Shown: one piece after another, positions 12,270 through 26,440 of the stretch
Layout: each line of letters begins with the position of its first letter
How positions within the stretch are numbered: position 1 is the stretch's first letter
Assembly: GCA_052426225.1 (NCBI GenBank)
Contig: JBNJNM010000011.1
Location: 2,914,001 to 2,978,000 of the forward strand
Reading direction: 5' to 3'
Length of the DNA stretch: 64,000 nucleotides
Origin: Zancudomyces culisetae HAW-14-8
Lineage: Eukaryota; Fungi; Kickxellomycota
Translations under genes and position numbers: made by a program
Notes under the pieces: model-generated
What the model saw: only the letters and a program-made list of their open reading frames with translations
Databases searched by the model: none
What the model was told of the DNA's origin: nothing

Positions 12270-15028
12270 TTAACTGTCATTTACAAAATGAAAATGATAC
12301 TGTAAAAACCCTCAATTCAATAAATTATCATCATATCATTTTTTGCATCGAGTCAAACAAGCAACTCTTTTAGAACAGTGTTACTTTAAATACGCAAATA
12401 TTGCTTACATTGAATGGACAGTCCAGTTTCACTTTATGCCTCTTCGATTCCTGAATTCTAGCACCAATAACACTTTTGAATTCAACTGTGTGGCTGTAAT
12501 CAAAATCAATTTGCCTGTTTTCGTTATTAGGATCTCTTTCTTCCACATCCATATCGTCACCATAGCACATACTATATATTTCACGAATCATTTCTTTGTT
12601 TTCCTCTGAAAACTTGTACTTCACCTTTACTACAGATGATATTTCGCGCTGGCTAGTTGAACCCAGTTCAGTTTCCAAAACATTTCCTATTCCAATAAGA
12701 TAAGACTCCTGTGCCAGTTTGCTCCTCCAAAACAGCTAAAATTTAATACTACTGGTTAGTGTTTGTTTATTACAATCAATTTACAACAAGAACACACTTG
12801 GTTGTGTTTATATTACGCCTACATATTTATAATAATGATACTCCTGTTTATTTTTCTATATCCATTACCTTTGTTTCTAAACTACTCAATGTCAGGTTGA
12901 AATAGTTGTTATTCTTTATATGGTAAACGAACAAGAGTTTGAAGTTTAGCTTGTACGGCGACAGCGAAATAGACCTAGTGTTATTTCTGCTGTCGCTGGT
13001 TCCATCAGCAAAAGAATCCTTAACCTCTTTTAACACGATCTCTGGCTTTCTGAGATTAAATATATAAATACTGGCTGATACTGCAATCAAATATGTAAAA
13101 AACCCCAGTGCTATGACAAAAAAAAGCCATGTTGCCTTTCTTGGGTTCACTCTGTCGTTATAAAATTTCCTCTGCATCTCAATGTTTGAAAAGTTGTTCA
13201 AATCGTAATATGGAATATTCTCTCCAGAAGATATTGCCTTTGTTGTCATTTTTAGACGTGTATCATTACGACAAACGGAGTTGTCACTTTTTAGCTTGTG
13301 GTAGTTAAGATTTGATTTTATAGGATTCGCAAAGACTTCATTCAGCTTGAAACTGCTCCCAGTGTTCTCATTTTTGCCGACTTTTTTAGATTGATTCAAA
13401 TTAATAGCGGTATTAGTTAAATTTTTTCCTGGACCTGCCCCACATGCTACAATTCTGCTTAGTACATCGTCATATTTTGAGCTTTTATCGCAAAGTTCTG
13501 TTTTTTCTTCATTCGAGACTCTATCGGTGGTAGATAGATACTTTTTCTTAAAGTCATTCCTTGAACTAGCATTTGTAACGGAGTCACAATCAGATGTACG
13601 GATATTAGGTGTGTTTAGTGAATTAAGCTTGCCGTCGATAGCATGATACAGCTCTATATCATTATCTTCATTTAGCAAATTTTTGGTGTACATTTGTTGC
13701 AGGGTCCCGTTGGTATCGCCATTCGAGACTTTTATCTGGGGAATACTATTTTCGTTGGCTTTGCCTAATCCTTCTATGTTCTGTGATTTTGCCTGATTGT
13801 AGCTTTCACTGCCAGATTTTTGAATGCCGGAAAGGCTGGATAAATGTACAAGCGATAAATCTAAATTGTCAAAGTTATCATTCTGGTTAAATACTTTAAT
13901 AAATGTGTATTTATTGTCAGTATCGGTTGATTTTGAAGTGGATTGCTCGAGCATTGGTTCGATGTTGCCTTTGTTTGTCTGCACCACATTCCCCTTACTG
14001 GTAAGCACATCTTCTAATAAAACATTTAGTGGTGGGGATGAATTTAGCCTGATATACTGTGGTATCAGAGGGGAAACACCTTCCTTGTCCTTGATGTTTC
14101 CTTTGAGTTTCTTTTTTTCTGTTTGATTAATCCTTTCATTGGGCGTACTTGCGCTTTTATTGTTAGAGTTCCTAGCATTTTCTGAAAGAAGATTTCCGTC
14201 TTTATTCAAATAGTTGCCACTTTCGAGATACTTGCTCGTTTTTTTGTGATAACCTGACGCATTCTCTTTATCGCTTCTCCAGGTAGTATTTCGTGCCTTT
14301 ATGTTTGCATTGTTATTTCTACCTTTCATTTCACGACCACCACTATATAGCGGGTATTGGCTGGTGCCGGTAGCATGATCACCATATTTCAGCTGAGTTG
14401 GTTTAGAAATACCAGACTTGCTATTTAAATCGACACTATATCTAGAGTTTGTACTAGACACCACTTTCTGTGCATGGTTTTTATATTTTGATGATCGCGC
14501 CTGTATAGTTAAATCTGTTTTTTTATTAGAGTTAGACGCTTGGAATCTGTAGCTGCCTGCTAATGGTTTTAGATTATTGACTTTATTATACCCATTCGAG
14601 TACTGTTGATATTCTTTTTTGGGTGCGACAATCGCAGTTGTCGAAGTAGTAGTGACCAACGGAGTAATTATGCTTTTGCTACCCACGTGAGCCGGTGTTT
14701 CGATTAGTGATGGGTGGGTATTGTGTTTAATAACGCTTTTCAACTTTTTTGAAGATTCTCCGCGTTTATGTTTGGACGTCCTTTTTTCATCTGTAGCTAT
14801 ATATTTTTTTGTGCCTTTTATCTCCAACGTATTATTAGGGGGGATAATAACATTACTTGTATTATCATCCTCATACTCGTCTTTTTTATTATTGTGGTGA
14901 CGAGAGCTAGTACTGGTATCAGCATCATTAGTGTCTTCAAAACATCTGGAGTCGCGGTATCTTCCGGTATCTTTTCTCTCTAACTTTAGCTTGGTTTGTA
15001 GGCTACCTTCTGGATCTCCTTTGATCAT
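12270..15028 (-). CDS. Single-pass membrane protein: long disordered N-terminus, TM helix, LEA_2-like C-terminal domain
   Basis: TM segment WLFFVIALGFFTYLIAVSASIYIF, then a P...NFKLLFVYHIKNNNYFNLTL pattern. An intron at about 12868-12737 joins the 12370-12678 ORF; a short last exon probably ends at 12270. Confidence 0.65.
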
Positions 15029-15722
15029 AATTCAGAAGAAAAAATTACACTCATACACTTGTAGAATTATTAAGCTCGATAAAATGATTATGCTGACTTT
15101 ATGTGCGAGTATTTATATATGTTTTGGCAAAAAGTAATGATAAAGTGTTGGTATGGTGTTGATGAATATGTGCCAAATGATGCAAGTGTATCCAAGTATC
15201 TTTTGTATTTAAATCTCCTCGTTTCTGAAAAAAAAAAATACATACTCTTCTAGCCTTCAAAGTGATATATACGGGAGCAAGTATCGCATACCGCATACCG
15301 CATTTTTATATATCTTTTTTTTTTGCTCAAATGTCTATGAATTTGGCAACAGTAAACTAACTACAAATAATAAAAAAATAAACATAACCAGGATAATAAT
15401 ATTTCGCATATAAAGCTTGAACGTAGATGCGTTAAAGATGGACATAACAAATAAAATTAATACAACCAGCTTTTCTTTGCGCTTGTTATTTTTATATACA
15501 CATCTATATTGGTTTAATATACCCCCTTACCCGCATCTGGCTTTAATTTAAAGTGGTTTCCCACAATTCTGAGAAGATTATTCATAAAGCATATTAAATT
15601 AATGCAGAACAAACACAAAAATATTCACTGTGTATATAAGTTAGAGGATGTTTCAATTGTCGTGGGAAAAAGCAGGGATAGTATGTGGAGAGTAAACAAA
15701 TTTAATGAGCCAAACTGAAGGA

Positions 15723-18174
15723 TTAAATTCTATACAATGTACCATAATTAATTAATCTAGAGTCAATAGTATTATTTGCAGGTACAGTTTCCCATATTCT
15801 AACAGTGGAGTCATCGCAGCACACAATAAGCTGGTTAATAATATCATTATTAACATCCCAAGGGCACCAGTCTACAGCACTAGTCTCATAGGTCTGAGAA
15901 GTAGAGCTATCAACAGTGTTTGGCAATAGATATGCGTCTGCACTGGTAACTTTTAAGCACGAATCGCCTTCAAAGTTCGATAAAGTAGATTGGCCAGTCG
16001 TATTACTGGTGTGTGATTTTTTGAGATTATTCCTCTTTCTTTCTATTTCCTTTAGGTCCCACAGGTGGGTATATCCGTTGCTCGATCCAGATGCCAAATA
16101 TCTCGATTCTTTGTCTATGGACATCCCAACAAACAAGCTGTTGCACTTAAACTCAGGGGATTCTAGACAGGTGATTGGTGAACCAAGTGTATTTATATCA
16201 TAGCCGTAGATTCTGTAGAAAAAAAAGTCAAAGTGTTTGAGTATTACAAGTGAATAAGGCATGTATGGTTGCCAAGTCTGTAAAAATACATATACGGACA
16301 TAAAAATAAAGAGGTAATAGAAAGAAACTGCATTTACCTATTGTCGCGGCTACAGGCATAGATCACGCTCGGATTGTAGTTCGATAGAGCTACCGAAGAA
16401 ATACCGCGTGATCGCATTCCAGGAAAAAAGGACGTGTAGCCAATTAGGGACCTGGTACAACTGTTCGAGTTATAGTTAGCTCCAGAAGAGAAATTAGGGC
16501 CAGGTAGTGTTGTCATAATCAACCCGGAATACTTTCTAATATCCCAAAAGTTAAGAGTCCCATCCGCAGAACCAGCGGAACATAGTGTAGTTCCATTATT
16601 TAAAAACTTTAATCCTGTTATAGATGGCGAGTTTTGCAATAAAGACTCCATAGCTTTTCTTCCAAGTCTGGAAGAGGGTTTTCTGGTATAACGACGGCTT
16701 GGTGAAGTAGTTCCTGCTGAAAACACACTACTCCTAGCTGTTTTGAAATAGCTGCTGTCGGGACTGCTGTGTATGTCAGAGCTGAGAAGTGTAGATAGAA
16801 CATGAGCTGCATATATATTTTGAATCGGCTTGGTGTACTCCAGGATGTCGAGATGATCGCTGTCGTTGACTTTGACAAGTTTTGCATTGCATCTCATATC
16901 CCAGAGTTTTATACAACCGTCACGACATCCACTAGCAAAAATATCAGGCTCGTAGGGGTGATCTGCAAGCCTCCTTATCGAGGATGAATGTCCCAAAAAA
17001 ATAGAGAGGGGTTGACTAGTTTCAATGTCGTATAGCAATATTGTTTCATCTGCCGAGCAAGTTAACAGTTGCGTGTCGTCCTGAGTCCATAATAGATCAA
17101 ATATGGAATTGCTGTGTGCCGAAAAGTTGCTTGAAACTTTAATTTGCGATCCCTCGACCTCCTCGCCGTTAGCCAGTCCGCCAGATGTGTAGCCGACTTC
17201 TCTCCGCTGCCGTTGATCATGTGGTCGCGGCTGTAACCCCCGTTGTCTACCATCGTAAAATGTATCTATTACTGTTATTTTTCCTAGGTCGTCTCCCAGT
17301 GCATATTTCCCTAATCCTGCAGAAGTGCCTTTACTATACTTACAAGAGTATGGGATTGCACTTCTCGTTGTCTGAGCATATATATCTTTGAGTTTATACA
17401 TTCTTTGAGGCTTGCTGACAATTCTATCCAGATAATTTACTTTATATCCTATTTCTATGAAAAAGCCACTTTAAATATTAATACTTATCTGAGCAAATGC
17501 ACATAATATCTTTAATTAGTCAACTTACTTTTATAAAAAAAGTTTGGAGTTGTTTTCTTCATTTTGAGAAGATCAAATATGTTGGTATGGTAATCGTTTG
17601 TCATCATTTTTATGTGGCTTAGAGCTGGAATACTGGTGGCAGCATCACTGGCATCACATTTATCTTTAACATTGAATTCATTTTTCTCATGTTCTAAACT
17701 ACATTCTATTCGGGCGGTATCCAGGTTTGGGGGTAAAAATATATTACAGGCTTTTCTATTGACATCGCTATCTAAGGTCACACAGGGAACAGACATTGGT
17801 GTGTCAGTGTTTTTGATTTCTTGATCGTCTTGTGTCTTTGGGAATACATCGGTATCATCTTTGTTGCTGTTTCTTGTTTTTTTGGTCTTGTTTGACCTGT
17901 TTGGGCTAAAATAACCAAGCAGATCTCCCGTAGTACTGCTGATCGGCCTACTATTTGAAAAGCTTCTTTTCCGGTTTGCACCTACATTATGCTCCATTAT
18001 TCCTATACTGTCATTTCCTATTGGGGACTTTACATGTTTTTCCTTTATTTTCTCAAACTCTAAATCGAGATCAGTTGAGGACCTTTTGGTAGGCTTTCCC
18101 GGTGAAACCGAAGCGTAGCAAGAATGCAATCGAAGTTGTTTTAACTTTCCTTTGTTTACTGCTCCTGCAGGCAT
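15723..18174 (-). CDS. CDT2: WD40 protein Cdt2/denticleless (CRL4 substrate receptor)
   Basis: Three ORFs joined by introns. Motifs AHSNSIFDLLW, GHSSSIRR, FASGCRDGCIKLWDMRC, SAGSADGTLNFWDIRK, YACSRDN and YLASGSSNG match DTL/Cdt2. Confidence 0.8.
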
Positions 18175-18434
18175 TGCTTTACTCTTCTGCCAGACCAATG
18201 ACAAATTGAACAAAACGTTAAGGTTTACTCAAAATCAGCAATGTTATTGATACTGTTGTTGTTTTTATTTCTGCCTTTGATTTTTTTTTATGAAAAAAAT
18301 TAAAATAAATTAAGCCAATTAAAATGAGAAATGATTGAAAACAGAATAAAATAGGGAGTATACATGAGCATATTTATGTATGTATATATGGTGGCATAAC
18401 GAGTAAAAAAAAGAAAAAAACAGTAAGCTGTGTG

Positions 18435-19823
18435 TCACGTCGAAGAAAAACATGAGCACGAAAACAGCTTGGCAAAAAAGCCCCTTTTAGCGGCACGTCT
18501 TCCACCATTGCCGTCTTCATCTTCGTCTTGGTAAACGGGCTCGGATCGATTCTGTTCATTTTTTTTGGCATTTAGAGCAGGTGCGCTGGAGTTAATGACA
18601 GTACTGGTATTTAAAGCTGCAGAAGAAATGGGAACCGGAGAGCCTGTTGCCCCAGCGCTAGGCTTGGAAAGTCTTGCGTTGGAGGAGTTGAGAATGTTTT
18701 CTGTGGACTTTGGGTCAACAGAGGAGCTAGTCATATTGATGGGCGATGCAGAGCTCATCAAGTGAGGAGTGTGCACGCGTGACATTTGAGGATCAAAGCT
18801 GCGGAGCGCTTGGTTTGAAGCTTGGAATTGGTTATAGCTACTGTTGAGGGCAGCAGCAGACAGATTAAGGTTGGCCTTGGCAAGGTTTTGTTGATGAGAT
18901 CTGCTTTCAGAAGAAAGTGCGGTCTTTGAAAGCATCCAATCAAAGACACCATCATCAGGCTCACCACAATTCGCTATGACCACATCCATTAATCTCCTAT
19001 ACTCGTCATAATCCGGTGTAGCTTCAAAAGATAGCTTGCGCACAGAGTCGAGGAATTTAGCAAACTCTTTGGGGAAATTTCCGCAAAGCTCGTTTAAGCC
19101 TGTGTGCTGCTTTGTTTCTCCAATTTTTTCGTATTTGAGTTTGTTCGTCGCTGCTTTTAGTCCCTGCCATGGAAGCGAACCCCGCAGAAAATACATAACC
19201 ACATGCCCTATAGATTCTAAATCGTCGCGTCGTGACTGCTCCCGGCCGAGATGAGTGTTGATGCTCATGTATCTTGCAGTGCCGCTCAAGCTTTTTCGCT
19301 CTCTATATGGAATATGTTGGTGTGTTTTGGGGTCTCTATAATATTTGGCCATCCCAAAGTCTACCATAAACACTTTGTTAGCATCTGGTGTATTTGGTCT
19401 TCCCAAGAGAAAGTTGTCTGGTTTCACATCACGATATATCAAATTCTTTTCATGAACTTCCTGGATTCTAGTAATCATTTGTTTACATAAATATGCCGTT
19501 GTTTTAACACTAAATCTGCGACGACAACTATCAAACATATCCTCAAGACTTGGTCCTAATAGGTCTATCACCATCACATTATATTGCCCTTCCTGCCCAA
19601 AATAATATGCACGAGGAATTCCATCGCATTTGCTTAATATATTATAACTTCGATATTCATCTCTGAGTTGGGGTGCCTCGCTTTTTCTAGACTCAAATTT
19701 TATTGCTATTTGCTTGTTTTTAATTAAATCAACTCCTTCATAAATCACCCCAAAACTACCCTCCCCTATTTTCTTCCCGACTTTATAGTGAACGCCTACC
19801 ACATTTGTACTTCCTTGAATCAT
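18435..19823 (-). CDS. Casein kinase I, Yck1/2-Cki type
   Basis: KIGEGSFG, PQLRDEYR, LLGPSLEDMF, YRDVKPDNFL and GTARYMSINTHLGREQSRRDDLES motifs. C-terminal FFAKLFSCSCF is a likely palmitoylation signal. Confidence 0.95.
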   Translation of the reverse strand: MIQGSTNVVGVHYKVGKKIGEGSFGVIYEGVDLIKNKQIAIKFESRKSEAPQLRDEYRSYNILSKCDGIPRAYYFGQEGQYNVMVIDLLGPSLEDMFDSCRRRFSVKTTAYLCKQMITRIQEVHEKNLIYRDVKPDNFLLGRPNTPDANKVFMVDFGMAKYYRDPKTHQHIPYRERKSLSGTARYMSINTHLGREQSRRDDLESIGHVVMYFLRGSLPWQGLKAATNKLKYEKIGETKQHTGLNELCGNFPKEFAKFLDSVRKLSFEATPDYDEYRRLMDVVIANCGEPDDGVFDWMLSKTALSSESRSHQQNLAKANLNLSAAALNSSYNQFQASNQALRSFDPQMSRVHTPHLMSSASPINMTSSSVDPKSTENILNSSNARLSKPSAGATGSPVPISSAALNTSTVINSSAPALNAKKNEQNRSEPVYQDEDEDGNGGRRAAKRGFFAKLFSCSCFSST

Positions 19824-22800
19824 TGTTATTATATTTTTAACCTTGTTGTTTTTCTATATCGTTTATTTCAAATGTCCTTCTATTTGTTATTTCGTTTTTC
19901 ATACACCTGGTTCTGTTATTTTTCGCCCAAGTTTGATTGGTATTTTTTATTGTCATAAATGACAGCGTATCCTTGAACTGTCTTAATATGTAGACTTTAA
20001 AATAGGCGTATTTTCGTTCTTTCTGAATGAGTATATTATATTATTTCTTTAAATTTCATCCGCGAGTTATTCTATGCTAAATTTTAACCACATCAAACTC
20101 GTTGAAATAAATATTAAATTCTCATCGTTCTACGCTGCAATAAGAAATTGATACAAATTTCTCTTCCAAACTGCGTTATTATCTATTTATTATATGTATC
20201 CTTTTTGAAGGTATTTCTTTTTGTTTTTTGCTAATGTTTAAAACGCTTCTCAGGTCGTTTAGCTGTGATGATGGCTATGGCGGCTTTTTTCAAAAGAATT
20301 TGCTGGTTTTGTCTTGTTTCACTGAAACACCTGTTTTCTTGCGTAAAGTTCGATATTGAGAATCGATTTTTGAATTTTTCTTTTTTTCGGTTGTAATTCA
20401 AATATTCCTACGAGCAATTCAGAATATCCTAAATCTCAAAATGTATTGCCTGGAGAATACACTAATTTCGCTACCTTGTTACTACTGATTTATGACAGCT
20501 ATAATGAATTCCTAGTATTGACCTTTATTGATTAAAAAGGTTTAACATTACTACAATGTAAATATTACAATTTGCTAATCCCTCCTTAAACAATCTTATG
20601 ATATTATCTAACCAAGTTATTTTTGAAAAACATAACGAAAAAAAAAGCGGGTTATTTATTATGTATACAATATCTGTTTAATTTTGAGTCTCGGGTGTGT
20701 GCCCAATTACCCAAAAAAAAATTAGCGTTTTTCCTTTTTTCTTTTGGAAAATCCAACCCTTTGACAGTTTTTCTTTATTTTTCTTGACAAATTTTCGTAT
20801 TCTATGTGGTTTATTGCAAATGGAGGCTTATTTAAAATATTAAACTCCTCCAAATAAATATCGCAGATATAAATGGATATCAAAAAATTTTGAAGTGAAA
20901 AATAAACCCATCATTTTCCATATCCTGTAAAATGTACCCGCTTTTTAGAAAGAAAATTTTTTTTTGAAGCGCGAGGACCTAGACTTCTCGCCTGTATTGA
21001 ATTTATTAATAACTGTCTAGATTGTTTATTAGCCGAATATGTATTATGCAAGAATCATAAACACTGGTGTCCGAGTAATTTAAGTTGAGTCTTGTTAACA
21101 CCGATTAGCCCCTTGGGTGCCACCAAAAGGAGGATAGGCACTTTAGCGCTAATGGCAAAAACGCAGCTCTTTCTCTGTTTGAATGAAACAAGAGCAGCAT
21201 GAAAATAATTCCTGCACAGCTCACAAATTTGTGCACCAAGCTTGCGCTTTTTATAGCAACAAAAAATGCCTTTTTTTTTTACCAAAAAATACACCAACTC
21301 GACACCAACCAAATATAAATGGACCCAGCATAGTTTTCGCAGTCACCTACAACGCAAAAACCTTCGAATCTACCTTAGTATTTGGTAATTTAGTCAGCAG
21401 GTTTATTTTGTGAAAGTTTTAATCAGCTGCACAGCTTCTATGAGCATATTTGGTGTTTACAAACTTAGCGAGTGGATTTTGCTAGTTGGAGGTATCTGTC
21501 CATTTACCAAATTGAGAACAGGTTTATTTTTTTCTATTAAAGATGCAAAAGAATCTATTGTAAAAGTCACGACCACCGCTTCTCCCCAAAAGTCAATGAA
21601 ATAAAGTGATAGTACATACCTAATTACCGTTTTACTACCATCCCCTTATTAGGTTTGGGGAAAGCTGATATAGTGAGGAGGATTAGTGTAACGAAAAATC
21701 CATCCAGTTTTAATCCATGTCTCTCTCCTTTACACGAGAAACTTTGCGACCAACATTCACATCTCCGTTCTCCCGCGTATTTTTTTGATAAAATGCTGTA
21801 ACACGCAAACCATTTTTTTTATATGTTTGTTTCCTACGTTATTTGCACATAGGCTGTTAGTTGAACACCAAAAACAATATAAACCACAGCTATTGTCAAA
21901 ATAAACTGATTTTCGGTTTGCCATTTGTTTTCAAGCTAATTGTGTAACAATTGCTGACCTTGAAAAAAAAATTGGTTTGTTCTGCGTTTTTGCCTCTTTG
22001 CTCTTTAGTTCGTTCGTTTCAACTTTTCAAGATAGAGTCCCCAAGTGATAGGAGGGTGATGAAGGTTTCGGCTTTTTTTCCTCCCGAGAAAACGTCAGTT
22101 TTTGGGAGAAAGTGTGTACAAAACATTACCACCATTAAAAAGAACACTTAAATTTCAACATCGCAAAAAGATTACAAATCAACCATTAACATTGACAACA
22201 ATATAAAAGTTAGAATCAGGTTTGTCTCTCCCACAGGATGACGCCAGTGGATAATGGATCTTTTGTATCCACACATAACAGTTGATGGTAGTGAGTACTT
22301 TCCAACAAGTCTTCACGTAGTTCCTCTCCTTTTCTATAAAAAGGGCGAGCAAGGTGGCAGGGTTGGCTAATTACCGCAAAAGTGGTTGCTTGTTTTAAAA
22401 ATAAAGGCGTTACTATGGCTGAAACACTGCAAGAAAACATACTTGTGATTTTCAAAACGGTATGTAATCTTTTGGGTTCCATTACTTTAGAAAATACTAA
22501 AAATAACACACTTCAGTAAAAATGAACAAAAAAGACACGCATGCACCCACTACCCAGACGTGATTCTATGTTAATATTAATATTATCTCTTAGCCAAGCA
22601 TAGAGTAACTATCTCCATGTAAATAACATGGCTATCTTTTTTTCAGAGATATTGTATAGGATAAAAATTTATGGCGAAACATCATACGAAGCAGGGTTGG
22701 TTATACAATGTGCTGTACTTGTTGTATCTGGTAGTCTAGCTGAGAAATAAACATGTTACTGATAATTTCCTTCTGGAAAACCGAACGTCGTTTAGCCTTT

Positions 22801-24005
22801 CAGTCAAAAAGTACTATTGACTGTTAATAAAGTTAATAATATTTGGTATCTAGAAAGATGCTATACAAAAGCGAGGCGTTAGATACAGAACTAGATAGCA
22901 CAGAGGTGCATGCGTCCTCATTATAGGCAAGTTCACTTGTCAATTACTAAATGAAAGATATTGTCTAATATCATAAACTATATAAATAGCACTTTTAGTA
23001 ATCTAATTTGAAATAGAAACAAATCCGCAAGTATTGCTTTTTTTTATAAATTTAGAGATATTATGGGTGTAATCCAGCCACTAGCAAATGTTACTTGATG
23101 AGTCAAATAACTGAACCAAAAGCTAGTCACCCACCTCCCCCCCTACAAAATACAGCTGACCAAGGCAATATGTGATAATGTGCAATGTCCCGAACAGAGC
23201 TCATCAGCAAAGAATTTTGTCCGATAAGCAAAACGTGTTTGTAAATAGATATATTTACACTTGGTTTTCCACAAACATAGCTAATCTCCTATAACTATAC
23301 CCGATTGCTATTCTTCAATAAGTAGACATAATTAATAAAATGATAACAGCCCGTGTATGCCCAGTTTTCAACAAGCTACACTGAGTACACTGATGCGTCG
23401 TGTTCTATATGAACTTACCAAAGTTGGTTTGTCCAACAGACTTCGGCACTTTATTGCCTTCATCTTGGATAAAGGATCAAAAATGCTTCAGGGAAAATGC
23501 AGTGACTGAATAGCCCCTTCTTTAAAGTTTCGTGATGTTACTTGATACTCTTACACCTAAAGTGCTTAGTTTTGCTTATTATTGGCCACAATGTGATGCC
23601 TGGAGTTGCAAGGCAAATAATTCTTTTTTTTTTTGCCAAATAATCCTTTATGGTGGGCAATTAGTGGGTTTTTTTTCGACTACCTAAAAAGTGAAGCAAA
23701 TTAATTGGCTCAGACTCGGACAACCTGAGTGGTTTCGTTTCAGTTGAGCATTGATCGCATATGATTTTAATTGTGTTTGAGGTTCGCCGAGTTCTGAACT
23801 TATCAGGTAAACGTGATATTTGGTTTCAAGATTCTAGTACAAAAACAAGTGCTCGAGATAGTTTCCTTTCTTTTGTCAATTGATAAACTTAAGTGAGAGT
23901 TGCTATAAGAAAGTATATCCTTAAACAAAAAAACACGGAAACTTGGGAATAAACCCATAGACACATTGTAGGCCTGTATACTTAAATTACTTTGAAAGAA
24001 CAAGA

Positions 24006-25535
24006 ATGAGGTAATTCCGCTGACAAATGCTGTCCAACATTTGGCGATATTAGTATACCCGCTATATTTATAATCAACGCTAAAAACTTGATAAACGTAT
24101 AAAATATTATAGTATAAAACTGGAATTTGACGTGAGTAAACTTCAAGAATACATACTTGCTCAAGGTATTGAGATAAGTACTCCACTGGAAGTTAAAAAG
24201 TTCACCCATGGCCAGAGTAACCCAACATTTTTGCTGATAGACAGCAGGTAACTTCAAATGTTCTTATTCATTTATAGCAAATTATAGCGCAAAATTATAA
24301 CGTTCTCCACCATAACAATGAAAAAATTCGAATACGTAGAGGAAAAAAAATGGTAATGAGAAAAAAACCAAATGGCCAACTAATGTCGAAAACCGCACAT
24401 GCTGTCGAGAGAGAGTACAAAGTGTTAACTGCGCTAGGAAGGAATACAGACATACCTGTTCCAAGGACATATCTTTTATGCGAGGATTCATCAGTAATAG
24501 GAACACCATTTTATGTAAGTTTCCAGTATAATATATATTACCTCTTTATGTATCCCACCAAACACATCGACAAGTATGAGTACTCAATATATTTAAATCT
24601 TTGAAATAGGTTATGGAGTTTTTGGAAGGTAGAGTATTGACAGACCCAATAATTGGAAACATTCCGGCCGAAGAAAGAGCAAAATAGTAAGTAGTCGATG
24701 TTGTCTATTAATTTATGCTATTTTAAATGTGCTAATGGATGTGAGGTGGGTTGTGGATAATTTCAATAGTTGGGCGGAGTTGGTCAGAGTTTTGGCAAAA
24801 TTGCATAGTGTTGATTACAAAAAAATCGGATTGGAAAAGTATGGGAAGGACTCAGGATATTATAAGCGGCAGGCCAAATCACTAGTCAAGGTCCATGATA
24901 TGCAGGCAAAATCGATAGACCATAGAACTGGAGTCCCAGTTGGGCCAATGCCCAGATTTTACGAAGTTTCAGACTACCTGGCAAATGCGTATTGTCCTGA
25001 TGAGGCGTGTATTGTGCATGGCGACTACAAAATGGACAATGTGATGTTTCACAAGACAGAGCCTAGAATTATTGGGATTTTGGATTGGGAGTTGAGTACC
25101 ATAGGAAACCCTAGAGCAGACCTGATAAACATGACGCAACTCTTTAGACACTCCACAAAACCAGCAGAAGTCGACGAAAGACCTCTGAATGTGATTCTTA
25201 AGGAGGCTGAAGAAAATTATATAACCAAAATAAATGATTTTAGATATGAGGGAATCCAAAGCCAGCAGGAGCTCGTTGAACTATATTGCAAACTTACAAA
25301 TAGGGCATATCCACTGTCAGGCTTTGAATATGCTTCGGTATTTGGGCTATTCAGAAACTCTATTATCTACCACGGGATTGCCGCAAGGTACGCAAACGGC
25401 CAGGCTACATCTACGTATGCTAAGCAAGTGGCTGTTTTTGCACCAGGTACTATATTGCTTGCGGCTACTATAATGGATAGAGCCAAAAAGTCAGAACAAA
25501 ATGTTGTAGACTCAAAATTGCAGAGCAAGCTTTAA
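24006..25535 (+). CDS. APH-family phosphotransferase (ACAD10/11 N-terminal-like)
   Basis: Exons 24006-24010, 24113-24247, 24340-24514, 24610-24686 and 24770-25535. Motifs [36 protein letters not shown] and [11 protein letters not shown]. Confidence 0.9.
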
Positions 25536-26440
25536 TGATTTAGGTTTCACTTTGAATATTGTTTTTGTTTTGGTTCTTTATACTTGTTCGGATTTTCATT
25601 ATTTTATTATTCCCTTTTAATATGATGAGGCTAACGATTTGTGTATAAGCCTCTAAAAAAAAATTAACTCTTCAAATATATTTTTTCACATTGTCTTTAG
25701 TATGTTACAAGGAGTAAAAAAGAGAAATAGTGCCAAATATGCATAATAAATATGTAGTTCGGCCTCGGCAAAGGAAATAATTAAAACCATACCAACAGCT
25801 ATATTACTGTCTTTTATGATATATCAGTGTAGTAATAACCAGGTTGTATGTGATTAATTGCATTTTCTAACTACAACAAAAGCAGCACAAGTAAACAAGC
25901 CTGATACAATAATGACGGCTTTATGACGCATTTAAACCAGTGATTACCCCATAGTGCCAATTCATAAGTGTGTAATGGTGACTGTATGGTCGGTCACACT
26001 GGGGGCACTAATGCCAAATTCAAAAAAATCCAGCTAGTGGTTAGTCACAAGTGGTAACAAAATTTTATTCTGTTGATAGAAGCCCATGAATGTGCTAATT
26101 AAATTTGGTTTTCTGCGCTTAATCTGTAAACCCATCTAGATTTTAATTTTTTTACCTTATTGATTTGTCCATCTCAGCATTCTCATTTGGTAAACAAAAA
26201 CACCTATGTCGAAAAAAAAAAGTTCGAAACCCTATATCACTTAAATCCAAAAAAGCAAATTCTTTTTTTTTTTTGAATAGTAAGGCTGTTTATTTTGGAC
26301 TCACAAGTCAAAAATATAGGAATAAATTTATAAAAAGACGCGCAGGCGGGCGGAATAAAGAAAAGGGAGTAAGCTATTTTTGGTCGATTTCTTTTAAATC
26401 TAAATACATATCGAAAAAAATACCTTGAGAAAAAACGGAA

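Noticed and set aside
24006-25535. Horizontally acquired antibiotic-resistance kinase
   Set aside because: The motifs match the widespread eukaryotic ACAD10/11-like APH family and the gene has four spliceosomal introns.
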